DNA of 64,000 nucleotides from the human T2T-CHM13v2.0 reference genome, Homo sapiens, in the NCBI RefSeq assembly GCF_009914755.1, contig NC_060929.1. One strand, 5' to 3'. Made by a program: the position numbers and the translations under genes. The notes under the pieces were generated by a model. That model was given only the letters and a program-made list of their open reading frames with translations, was not told the DNA's origin and made no database searches. Numbering within the stretch: the stretch's first letter is position 1; each line of letters opens with the position of its first letter. Of this stretch, positions 1-12,200 are shown in pieces.

Positions 1-1380
1 AGGAGAAAGGCGTTTAGATATACTGCAATGTTGACCAAAGTGAACAGCAACTGATGGGGGGCTATAATGGACATACACTGGGTAATATTTGTGAGAGGGT
101 GAAAAAGGCTTAGAAATGTAGTTTGAAACACATGATTTAAAATTTTGCTTTAATGTGTAATACTGATTGATTTTCTGAAAAAGATACCTTATGTTTTTAA
201 AAATGAATTTCACATTTACACTGTTCCCGATGTAGTCATAGTAACATTTTTATATAAAAAGTATATGCTGCTGAATCACATTAACCACACATTATTCATA
301 CATGAGAACATGTTCTTGTTCAAGTTGACTGCCTAGCTGAGCCTTTTATACTTGTGAATTCCGTTATTAGGATGCAACATTCTATGTTTTGGGAAAATGA
401 ACAGAGAAAATATATGATAATTTTTCACAGGCTTAAAGTGAAATTGGTTTTTTATTAAGAAGATGTGCTTAGACATACTATTGCTGGATGCACTGGACTT
501 AGCTTCAGCAGCAGAGAGCTGAGGGCAGGATGAGAAAAGTTAAAAGTCTTGCTTCTCCAGGGAACAAAGCTCTTGGCTAGGAGCTGGGGAGAATGGAAGC
601 CCAGTGTTCTTGGCTGTAGCTATCTGGGGTGGAGTCTCTGCCTTGCTGAGTTGGGGTGATGGAGGAGTCCTGGGGCAACTGAAGGCATCTGGCCAAGGCC
701 ACTCCTTGGTGTTGCTAGAAAGCCCCCAGACTGAACCCAGTTCCCAACTGCCCACCAGTCAAGGCATCAGTTAAGACCTCCAGACTTTTCTCTGGTTATC
801 TTTCCTTTCTTCTTTCATGGTTTGAAATAGCTCCTATCTCTACTTTTATAATTTTAATGATTTTTATATAGGCTGCACAAATGTTATTAAGTAGAATCAG
901 CATTTGGCTCAGCAATCAGATATACAATTCAGAACTACATGATTTCCATCTGTTCTTAGAGATGTCATCCCCACCCCAACACCCACAGCCATGGGTGCAG
1001 GCTGCCCACAGTAGCTCCTCTCCTCATTCCCTCCCCTCCAGACTGGGGCACCTGGGCATATTCACCGAGTGCATGTGCAGTGCCCAACAGGGTGGGAATG
1101 AGCTGCACACATCGCCCCGGGCCAGGGCAGCCTCACGTGCCAGGGACCCCAGGCAGCTGGCTGGCCAGGGCATTCCACTTGCTATCCCCTCTGGCTAGGC
1201 ACCCATAGAGTCTTTCTTCCCCTGGCCAAGGAGTTCAACTCGGTCCAAACTGGTGGAGAGATAGAGTGATTAAAGGAAAACATTTGCAAACCTCACCCTT
1301 TATCCCTTAAACTGTTTTATTTCCTTTTTCCTTTCTGTGTAAGAGAGTTCTTTTCCTACCTTGGCACTGTGCTTATGATA

Positions 1381-1557
1381 GGGAGGCAACGGAGGAGTGA
1401 CCCCCGACTGGCTAATAACTGCAAGTTTGGTAGGGCCCAGGGAGGCAACGGAGGAGTGACCCCCGACTGGCTAATAACTGCAAGTTTGGTAGGGCCCAGG
1501 GAGGCAACGGAGGAGTGACCCCCGACTGGCTAATAACTGCAAGTTTGGTAGGGCCCA
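1381..1557 (+). repeat. Perfect tandem repeat, 3 x 59 bp
   Basis: GGGAGGCAACGGAGGAGTGACCCCCGACTGGCTAATAACTGCAAGTTTGGTAGGGCCCA at 1381, 1440 and 1499, all identical. Confidence 0.97.
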
Positions 1558-2040
1558 TCGGGGGCTTAATCTGAATGGACCCAGGCACACCCTGAGACAC
1601 CTTTTTTTTTTTTCTCAAACTTGATTCCAAGCTTCGGGTTGAAGCCCTAGAAAGGAAAACCAGATCTGAGGGATCCAAAATGAGACAACAGGCACAGTGT
1701 AAATGGGCAGGACTGATTCCTGCTGATTAAGCTCCAGCTTCATAGAAGGAGGCCACGCTCCATGACATAGATAAGGCCCAGGGAACCCAAGGGTTGCTGA
1801 CAGTAGTGGGGATGGGGGCATAGGTGAGTGAAGACAATTCCTATCTCTAGGCCCCTGCCGTTTCACAAGTGCGGGCCTCAATGGCACCTGTGGGTGGCAT
1901 CCATCTAAGGTCACCAGGTCTCAGGGATTAAAAAGATGGAAGACAAAGCAGAGATGCCTGCTTTCTGTCTCCTTCACACACCAAGTTTCTGCTGAAAGAA
2001 GGAAGGGAAATGAGGGATGCCTATTTTCCTATCTTTAAGA

Positions 2041-3375
2041 ATGGGCAACCAGCTATCTTCACCACCCCCAGTCTATACTCCTCTGGAGTATATCCTGAAT
2101 CACTGGGACTGCTTTGACCCTCAGACTCTGGAGGAAAAATGCCTTATAGTCCTCTGCACAATGGTTTGGCCAAATTATTTATCTGCGGGAAGGACTGGGT
2201 TGGCCTCAGGAAGGAACTATTCATTTCGATACCATCCTGTAGTTGGACCTTTTCTGTAAACGTGAGGGCAAATGGTCTGAGGCCTCATATGTGCAGGCTT
2301 TTTTTATCTTGCAGGGTAATCCATACTTTCCCAATGGTATAAGATTGATCCAGCCCTCCTGTTTGCCATTTCAGGAGAGGCTGCAAGGGGCAATCCCAGG
2401 GAACTAAAGAAATGAACCCCAGAGGCTCCTCCAACCGGTAAGCCAGCCCCCTCTAGCCCTCCTCTGGGTCCACCCCGTCCTCCCTATCCAGATTCTCTCT
2501 CTCTCACTTGCCTCCTCCTAGAAATCCTCACCCTAGACTAGCCCAAGTCTCACTCTTGCCCCTCCAAGATATGCCAGGTCCGGGTCTCCTTCTCTCTACA
2601 GGACTTAAGGCAAATTTGGGAGATCTTGGCAAGTTTTCAGATGACCCTGACAGATATATAGAGGCTTTCCATTATTTAACCCAAGTATTTGAACTCTCCT
2701 AGAAAGACTTTCTGTTACTTTTGAATCAAACCCTGACTAACACTGAAAAGGAGGCTGCTTTGCAAGTGGCAGAGGAATTTGGGGATGAGCTTTGTATCAC
2801 ATATACTGTCAGGAAAGGGGTCTAACTTTATCCAACTGGAAGAGAGGAAGTACCATTGCATGACCCTAAATGGGATCCCAATGATGAGATGGGAGAATGG
2901 AAGAGGAGACACTTTCAGGTGCGCATAAGGGAGGGCTTACACAGAGCTAGAACCAAGCCTCTCAATTATACCAATGTATCCATGATAGACCAGGGAATGG
3001 ATGAGAATCCTACTGATTTTCTGGAACGGCTAAGAGGGGCCTTGGTAAAGCACATGTCTCTATCTCCTGATTTAGTCGAGGGACAATTAATCCTAAAGGA
3101 TAAATTTATTACTCAGGCAGCCCCTGATATTGAGAGGAAGCTGCAGAAACAGGTCCTGGGACCCAACAGTACTTTAGACAACCTCCTGAAAGTGGCCACC
3201 TCGGTCGTTTATAATAGAGACAGGGAGGCCCAGGAGAGAGAGAGGAGACAGAGGGAAGAGACACAGGCTTTAATGGCCAACATGCAAGCCCAAAAACTCC
3301 AGAATCCCTGAGGTGCCGCTGTAAATGCTACAGATGTGGCAAGCCAGGGTATTTTAAGAAGGATTGTCCCCAAAT
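2041..3375 (+). pseudogene. gag: ERV1 gag remnant (MA-CA-NC) with frameshifts and stops
   Basis: MGNQLSS...ILNHWDCFDPQTL (MA); LGKFSDDPDRYIEAF; QGMDENPTDFLERL (major homology region); zinc-knuckle remnant CYRCGKPGYFKKDCP at ~3326-3370. Confidence 0.9.
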
Positions 3376-3415
3376 TGTTCAGCAGCAGGACTGATGGATC
3401 ATAGGGTTCCTATCT

Positions 3416-6400
3416 GTGGCTCTGGTGATCCAGATTACCATTACCATCCAGGAGCCCCAGATAATTCTGGAAATCAAAGGGAGGAAAGTGGACCTCCTTT
3501 GGGACACTGTGGCTGGTCTCTCAGTTTTCCTCTCCAATCTGGGCCCCCTCTCATCTCTTAGCATGACCATAAGGAGCATCTCAGGAAGACCTTTAACCAG
3601 ATATTTTTCCCAACCCTTTAGTTGTAGTTGGGAAGACCCCTTGTTCACCTATGCTTTTCTAATTACACCTGAAAGTCCAACTCCTCTGTTGGGCAGGGAT
3701 ATTCTGGCCCGTATAGGGACCACCAGACTGATGGCCCCAGGACAAACTCTTTGTCTCTCCCTAGTGGAGACCAATATTAACCCAGAAGTTTGGGCAATTC
3801 AGGAGAAAATTGGCCAAGCCACAACCACCATATTGGTCTGATTTACCTTAAGAATCCCAGATCCTTTTCTAACCAGAAACAATATCACCTGAAACCAGGG
3901 GTTAGGAAAGGACTGGAAGCCATCATTGATAACTTAATGCTGTAGGGCCTCATTAAGCCCTGCAACAGCTCTTGTAATACCCTGATATTGTAGGTAAAAA
4001 CCCAACAGGTAATGGAGACTAGTTCAGGACCTCCATCTCATTAATGAGGCTATGGTTCCAGTTCACCCACTGGCTCCCAATCCGTATACCCTGCTAGCTC
4101 AAATACCTGAGGGAACTAAATGGTTCACAGTCCTGGACCTAAAGGATGCCTCCTTCTGCCTACTGCTACATCCTGACTCTCAATATTTATTTGCATTTGA
4201 GGATCCCTCCAACCAAACCACCCTGTTAACTTGGACAGTTTTACCTCAGGGATTCTGCCCCACTTGTTTGGGAAGGCATTGTCAAGAGACATCTCCACGT
4301 TCCATTATCCTCAGGTTAAAGTTTTATAATACATAGATGACATTCTCCTCTGTGCTCCAACTGAGGAAATCTCTAAGGTGGAAAGTAAAGCTTTTCTTAA
4401 TTTTCTGGCTAACAGAAGATATAAGGTTTCAAAATTTAAAGCTCAGCTTTGTCAGACATCAGTGAAGTACCTAGGCCTGTTCTTGTCAGAGGAGACCAGG
4501 GCATTGGGCGAAGAAAAGATTAGGCCCATTTCCTCCTTTCCCCTTCCCAAAACCCTCAAGCAACTGAGGACATTCTTAGGCATTACAAGATGCTGCAGAC
4601 TATGGATACCTGGGTATGGTGAAATAGCTTGTCCCGTATATCACCTAATAAAGGAGACTCAGACAGCTAAAACCCAGTGTCTAATTTGGGAACCAGAGGC
4701 TAGAAAGGCCTTTGACCAACTAAAACAAGCCTTGCTTAAGGCACAAGCCCTTAGTCTTCCTATAGGGAAGATGTTTAATATTCATGTGTCAGAAAGAAAG
4801 GGAATGGCCTTGGGAGTTCTAACACATGCCTGAGGTCCAGTTCAGCAGCCTGTAGGCTACTTAAGTAAGCAGCTTGATTTGGTAGCCAAAGGATGGCCAG
4901 TCTGCCTCTGAGGAGTTGCAGCGGTAGCCTTGCTGGTACCAGAGGCTACTAAGTTAATCACGGGGAAGAACTTAACCATTTATATTCTGCATAATGTGGC
5001 AGGAGTGCTGTCAGTGGAGACTCTGGATAACAGACAATTGCCTCCTCAAGTATCAAACTCTACTCTTACAGGAATCTGAAGTCCAATTAAGAACCTGTCC
5101 CTCCCTAAATCCAGCCACCTTCCTCCCAGAGTAAGGTGGGGAGCTTGAACATGGCTGTGAACAGATAGTAGTAGAAACCTATGCAGCCAAAGAGGACCTC
5201 AAAGAAATCCCCTTTGAGAATCTAGACTGGATTCTCTTTATGGACAGAAGTTCTTTTGTAGAACAAGGGATGCTTAAAGCCTGGTATACAATAATTACTC
5301 TTAATGATATTCTTGAGAATGCACCTCTCTTCTAGGGTACAGGTACTCAATTAGCCAAACTAATTACCCTCACAAAGGGACTCAAATTAAGCAAAGGAAA
5401 AACAGTTAACATTTATACTGATTCTAAGTATGTGTTACTAGTCCTCCATGCCCATGCCACTATCTGGAAAGAGAGGAACTTCCTTACAGCTAATGGGTCT
5501 GCCATTAAGTACCATCGGGAAATTAACAGACTATTATCCTAAGTTTTTCTCCCAGAGAAAGTGGCAGTATACATTGTAAAGGCCACCAACACGTGATGGA
5601 TGAAGTAACTGAGGGAAATTGGTTGGCAGACCAAGCAGCTAAATCAGTAGCAAGATGATCCCCACTTGAAGGCCCCATCAGAGAAATAAAACCTCAATAC
5701 TCTTCCACGGAAATAGAATGGGCCATCTCTCAGGGACATATTTTTCAGTCCCCAGAATGGCTACAATTGGAGGATGGCAAGCTTTTATCTACCAGTTGCG
5801 AACAAATGGAAAATTCTTAAAAGCCTTTACCAGATCTTACACCTAGGTAAGGATAAAACCTATCAATTGGCCCAGAGATTGTTCTCAGGTAAAAACTTGT
5901 ACAAATGATTAAACAGGTGGTTAATGCTTACAAGACCTGCCTAATAAATAATCCCCTTAACAGACAGCTTCTTGCCCCAGGAACCCAAAGGACAGGAGGC
6001 TACCTGGGGAAAGACTGCAAAGGGATTTCATCCATATGCCAAAGACAAGGGGCATCCAGTACCTCCTAGTATGGATAGATACTTGCACTAACTGGGTAGA
6101 AGCATTCCCATGTCAGACAGAGAAAGCCTCTGAGATGATGAAAGTACCAATTAATGAGATAATTCTTCTCTTTGGACTCCCTAAGTACCTCCAGAGTGAT
6201 AATGACCCCTTGGCAGCTTCCCTTCAAGGCAGCTGTCACCCAGGGGTCTCAAAGGTATACTGTATACTAGGTATACAGTACCATCTTCATTGTGCTTGGA
6301 GATCACAATCCTTGGCAAAGGTAGAAAGGACAAATGATATTATCAAATGGTACCTCAGGAGATTCATCTCCCCTGGACAACCCTCCCTGCCATAGGCCTA

Positions 6401-6982
6401 CTACATGTTAGAAACACTCCTTCAAAGCAAGGCTTGAGACCCTTTGAAAGGATGCATGGATGGCCTTTTCTCACTGATGATTTCTTGCTAGACCAAGAAA
6501 TATCTGATTTGATTAAACACATAACTTCTTTGGCCCATTTCCAACAGAAACTGAAATAACTGTCATGGAAATAGAATGGGCCTTCTCTTGGGGATATATT
6601 TTTCAGTCCCCAGAATGGCTACAATCAGAGGATGGCAAGCTTTTATCTACCAGTTGCCATCAAATGGAAAATTCTTAAAAGCAGCCTAGTTCAATCCTGT
6701 GAACTAGGGCCACCTCTGTTCAACCCAAATGACCTGGTGCTGGTAAAGTTACTTCCTTCCCTTTTTCCCTCTATAGGCCCAGATTGGGAGGGACCTTACA
6801 CTGTATTTCTTTCTACTCCTATGGCAGTGGAGGTCACTGGAATAGACTCTTGGATTCATTACACCCAAGTGAAGGCCTGGAAAGCTGATGGAGCCACCTC
6901 TGTCAACCCAGAAGAGCACCCAAAGTACCAAGGTAAAGAGATCAGGGACTTCAAGCTAAAAATTACAAAAGATATGTGTTAA
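3416..6982 (+). pseudogene. pol: ERV1 pro-pol remnant (protease, RT, RNase H, integrase)
   Basis: LLWDTVAGLS and PTPLLGRDIL (protease); FTVLDLKDA, WTVLPQGF and YIDD at 4330-4341 (RT); IYTDSKY at ~5411 (RNase H); WIDTCTNWVEAFP, LQSDN and WEGPYTV...WIHYTQVK (integrase). Many stops and frameshifts. Confidence 0.92.
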
Positions 6983-7169
6983 TAATTAACCTCCTAAGGA
7001 TATTCTCTTTATATTCTTGCCTACGCTTGCTGTTCTTACCTTTGTTCTGTTCTATACCATGGAGTACAATATTGTTTTCAGAATGATTATTTCTGTAATC
7101 TTTGGCATTAGGTTCTCTCCTTTTTAACTCCTTTTTTTATAATATACATATTTGATCCATGCATACTAA

Positions 7170-7341
7170 ACCCTATAAAACTTGTTTATTCTCACCTAGA
7201 GACCATGAAACTCCAAATAGTCAGGCACCAGAGCCTCAGATGATGGCTCCCTTTTGCCAGGGATGCTTAGGTAGACCTCTGGGAGGAATCCAACCATCAT
7301 TTTCCCAAAAACAATGCCCCCTGTTAGCAGGAAGTAACTAA
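7170..7341 (+). pseudogene. env: env TM cytoplasmic-tail remnant
   Basis: LVYSHLETMKLQIV / EPQM...GRPL...PLLAGSN* resembles the HERV-W-type Env C-terminus; the rest of env is absent. Confidence 0.6.
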
Positions 7342-7399
7342 GAATGGCCATTGTCCATAATCTAATAGTAGTTAGATGTGCCTCTTCAGAGGGAGAATA

Positions 7400-8115
7400 T
7401 GATAGGGATGGGAGGCAGAGAAATTCTAGGCAGAAAAGGAAAGGGTACCTGGCAAGGACCCCACCCTCAAGCTTGGAACCATGGACCAAAGTGTGAACTT
7501 TACACGGCCGTTTTCCTGCTCAAATATTGCCTTTTCCAAAACCACCCCTGGCACACCCTGTCCCCAATCCTGTACCCACTAAAACCCCAGGCTCTTCTGG
7601 CAGAGGGCAGAGAAGGGGAGAAGAGAAGCAGCAGCTGAACATTGGAGAGAAACAGTTTGACTTCAGAGGGATAGCTTAATGGTGAGACTTCAGGGGAATA
7701 ATACCTTCCTGCTCCATCCCCTTTCCAGCTTCCCTTCCCACCGAGAGCCACTTCCATCGGCAATAAAATCTTCTGCATTCACCACCCTTCAATTTGTTTG
7801 TGTGACCTGCTTTTTCCTGGATGCCAAACAAGAGCTCGAGTGTCATGGGGATGGACACTAAAGGCAGTGAGACTGACCTTCTATCCTTGCTGGTGGAGAG
7901 CAACCACCTCATGTGAAAAGGCAGAGTGCTCACTGAGCTGCTTAACACTTAAGCCGTCCATGAGTGACAAAGCTAAAGAGTACACTGTAACACATGCCCT
8001 CTGGGGCTTTGTGGGGGGTCATGGGTACTCTCCCCTAGATTCTGCCATAGGGCCCACAGAGTTTTGCTCCTGCCAGTGCCCAGAAACACTCGCCCTGGCT
8101 CATGCACCCACTCAC
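7400..8115 (+). mobile_element. 3' LTR of the ERV1 provirus, left part (resumes at 13727-13829)
   Basis: TG start after the PPT and AATAAA at ~7762; the sequence continues after the HERV-H target-site duplication. Confidence 0.85.
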
Positions 8116-8526
8116 TGTCAGGCTTCTGAGCTCAAGCTAAGCCATCATATCCCCTGTGACCTGCACGTACACATCCAGATGGTCGGTTCCTGCCTTAACT
8201 GAGGACATTCCACCACAAAATAAGTGAAAATGGCCTGTTCCTGCCTTAACTGATGACTGTCTTGTGAAATTCCTTCTCCTGGCTCATCCTGGCTCAAAAG
8301 CTCCCCTACTGAGCACCTGGTGACATCCACTCTGCCCACCAGAGAACAACCCCCCTTTGACTGTAATTTTCCTTTACCTACCCAAATGGTATAAAACGGC
8401 CCCACCCCTATCTCCCTTTGCTGACTGTCTTTTCTGACTCAGCCCGCCTGCACCCAGGTGAAATAAACAGCCATGTTGCTCACAGAAAGCCTGTTTGGTG
8501 GTCTCTTCACACGGACGTGAATGAAA
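8116..8526 (+). promoter_or_regulatory. LTR7 5' LTR of HERV-H #1
   Basis: TGTCAGGC...ATGAAA termini, TATAAAA at 8390-8396, AATAAA at ~8462. Confidence 0.93.
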
Positions 8527-8528
8527 TT

Positions 8529-8546
8529 TGGTGCCGTGACTCGGAT
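8529..8546 (+). other. Primer binding site complementary to the tRNA-His 3' end
   Basis: TGGTGCCGTGACTCGGAT, a perfect 18-nt match immediately after the LTR. Confidence 0.95.
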
Positions 8547-9282
8547 CGGGGGACCTCCCTTGGGAAATCAATCCCCGGTCCTCCTGCTCTTTGCTCCATG
8601 AGAAAGATCCACCTATGACCTCATGTCCTCAGAGCAACCAGCCCAAGAAGCATTTCACCAATTTCAAATCCGGTAAGCGGCCTCTTCTTACTCTCTTCTC
8701 CAACCTGTCTCACTGTCCCTCAACCACTTTCTCCTTTCCACTCTTCAATCTCTCCCTTCTCTTAATTTCAATTCCTTTCATTTTCTGGGAGAGACAAAGG
8801 AGACATGTTTTATCTGTGGACCCAAAACTCCGGCGCAGGTCACGGACTGGGAAGGCAGCCTTCCCTTGGTGTTTAATCATTTCAGGGATGCCTCTCTGAT
8901 TATACACCCACGTTTCAAGGGTGTCAGACTACGCAGGGATGCCTGCCTTGGTCCTTCACCCTTAGCGGCAAGTCCTGCTTTTCTGGGGAAGGGGCAAGTA
9001 CCCCAACCCCTTCTCTCCATGTCTCTACCCCCTCTCTGCCTTTCTTGGGGGCAAGAAACCCCCAACCCCTTCTCCTTCACCTTTAGCGGCAAGTCCTACT
9101 TTTCTGGGGGAGGGGCAAGTACCCTAACCTCATATCTCTGAGCCCCAATCCCTTATTTCCACACCCCGACCTCGTATCTCTGTGCCCTGAGCCCTTTCCT
9201 GCTTTTCTGGAGGGTAAGAACCCCCAAAGCCCTTCCCTCCATGTCTCTACTCTCTCTTTTCTCTGGGCTTGCTTCCTTCACT

Positions 9283-12200
9283 ATGGGCAACCTTCCACCC
9301 TCCATTCCTCCTCCTCCTCCCTTAGCCTGTATTAAGAACTTAAAACCTCTTCAACTCTCACCTGACCTAAAATCTAAGCATCTTATTTTCTTCTGCAATG
9401 CCGCTTGACCCCAATACAAACTCAACAGTAGTTCCAAATAGCCAGAAAAAGGCACTTTCAATTTTTCCATCCTGCAAAATCTAAATAATTCTTGCTGTAA
9501 AATAGGCAAACGGTCTGAGGTGCCTGACGTCCAGGCATTCTTTTACACATCGGTGCCTTCCTAGTCTCTGTGCCCAATGCAACTCGTCCCAAATCTTCCT
9601 CCTTTCCCTCCCACCTGTCCCCTCAGTCCCAACCCCAAGCATCACTGAGTCTTTCTAATCTTCCTTTTCTACAGACCCATCTGATCTCTCCCCTCCTCGC
9701 CAGGCTGAGCTAGATCCCAATTCTTCCTCAGCCTCCGCTCCTCCACCCTATAATCCTTTTATCACCCTCCTCCTCACACCGGTTCCAGCTTACAGTTTCC
9801 TTCCACTGCTAGCCCTCCCCCACCTGCCCAGCAATTTCCTCTTAAAAAGGTGGCTGAAGCTAAAGGCATAGTCAAGGTTAATTCTCCTTTTTCTTTATCC
9901 ATCCTCTCCCAAATCAGTTAGCATTTAGATTCTTTTTCATCAAATTTTAAAAACCCAGCCCAGTTCATGGCTCGTTCAGCAGCAACCCTGAGATGCTTTA
10001 CAGCCCTAGACCCTAAAAAGTCAAAAGGCCGTCTTATTCTCAATATACATTTTATTACCCAATCTGCTCCCGACATTAAATAAAACTCCAAAAATTAAAT
10101 TCTGGCCCTCAAACTCCACAACAGGACTTAATTAACCTCGCCTTCAAGGTGTACAATAATAGAAAAAAGTTGCAATTCCTTGCCTCCACTGTGAGACAAA
10201 CCCCAGCCACATCTCCAGCACACAAGAACTTCCAAACGCCTGAACCGCAGTGGCCAGGCGTTCCTCCAGAATCTCCTCCCCCAGGAGCTTGCTACAAGTG
10301 CCAGAAATCTGACCACCAGGCCAAGGAATGCCTGCAGCCCAGGATTCCTCCTAAGCCATGTCCCATCTGTGTGGGACCCCACTGGAAATCAGACTGTTCA
10401 ACTCACCTGGCAGCTACTCCCAGAGCCCCTGGAACTCCGACCCAAGGCTCTCTGACTGACTCCTTCTCGGCTTAGCAGCTGAAGACCGACGCTGCCCGAT
10501 CACCTCGGAAGCCCCGTAGACCATTATGGATGCCGAGCTTTAGGTAACTCTCACAGTGGAGGGTAAGTCCATCCCCTTCTTAATCAATACGGAGGCTACC
10601 CACTCCACATTACCTTCTTTTCAAGGGCCTGTTTCCCTTGCCTCCATAACTGTTATAGGTATTGACAGCCAGGCTTCTAAACCTCTTAAAACTCCCCAAC
10701 TCTGGTGCCAACTTAGACAATACTCTTTTAAGCACTCCTTTTTAGCTATCCCCACCTGCCCAGTTCACTTATTAGGCCGAGACACTTTAACTAAATTACC
10801 TGCTTCCCTGACTATTCCTGGATTAACAGCTGCATCTCATTGCTGCCCCTCTTCCCAATCCAAAGCCTCCTTTGTGTCCTCCTCTTGTATTCCTCTACCT
10901 TAACCCACAAGTATAAGATACCTCTACTCCCTCCTTGGCGACCGATCCTGCACCCCTTACCATCTCATTAAAACCTAATCACCCTTACCCCGCTCAATGC
11001 CAATATCCCGTCCCACAGCATGCTTTGAAAGGATTAAAGCCTGTTATCACTCGCCTGCTACAGCATGGCCTTTTAAAGCCTACAAACTCTCCTTACAATT
11101 CCCCCATTTTACCTGTCCTAAAACCAGACAAGTCTTACAAGTTAGTTCAGGATCTATGCCTTATCAACAAAATTGTTTTGCCTATCCACCCCATGGTGCC
11201 AAACCCATATACTCTCCTATCCTCAATACTTCCCTCCACAATCCATTATTCTGTTCTGGATCTCAAACACGCTTTCTTTACTATTCCTTTGCACCTGTCA
11301 TCCCAGTCTCTCTTCGCTTTCACTTGGACTGACCCTGACACCCATCAGGCTTGGCAAATTACCTGGGCTGTACTGCCGCAAAGCTTCACAGACAGTCCCC
11401 ATTACTTCAGTCAAGCCCAAATTTCTTCCTTATCTGTTACCTATCTCAGCATAAGTCTCATAAAAACACAGGTGCTCTCCCTGCTGATCGTGTCTGATTA
11501 ATCTTCCAAACCTCAATCCCTTACAAAACAACAACTCCTTTCCTTCCTAGGCATGGTTAGTGCGGTCAGAATTCTTACACAAGAGCCAGGACCACATCCT
11601 GTAGCCTTTCTGTCCAAACAACTTGACCTTACTGTTTTAGCCTAGCCCTCATGTCTCCGTGCAGCAGCTGCCGCTGCCCTAATACTTTTAAAGGCCCTCA
11701 AAATCACAAACTATGCTCAACTTACTCTCTACATTTCTCATAACTTCCAAAATCTATTTTCTTCCTCACACCTGACGCATATACTTTCTGCTCCCCGGCT
11801 CCTTCAGCTGTACTCACTCTTTGTTAAGTCCCACAATTACCATTGTTCCTGGCCCGGACTTCAGTCTGGCCTCCCACATTATTCCTGATACCACACCTGA
11901 CCCCCATGACCGTATCTCTCTGATCCACCTGACATTCACCTCATTTCCCCATATTTCCTTCTTTCCTATTCCTCACCCTGATCACGCTTGATTTATTGAT
12001 GGCAGTTCCACCAGGCCTAATCGCCACACACCAGCAAAGGCAGGCTATCCTATAGTACAAGCCACTAGCCTGCCTCTTAGAACCTCTCATTTTCTTTCCA
12101 TCGTGTAAATCTATCCTCAAGGAAATAACTTCTCAGTGTTCCATCTGCTATTCTACTACTCCTCAGGGATTATTCAGGCCCCATCCCTTCCCTACACATC

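Noticed and set aside
1-81. Possible coding exon ending at TGG|GTAATA
   Set aside because: There are stops in all three frames and it is truncated by the window edge.
1381-1557. CRISPR-like array
   Set aside because: The units are contiguous with no spacers, the context is eukaryotic, and there are no cas genes.
8529-8546. tRNA-His gene
   Set aside because: It is only the 18-nt retroviral PBS; there is no cloverleaf.
8710-8907. Identical 65-aa ORF in both HERV-H copies as a conserved protein
   Set aside because: It is antisense to the leader, and identity is at the DNA level (1 difference), which is better explained by conversion than by protein selection.
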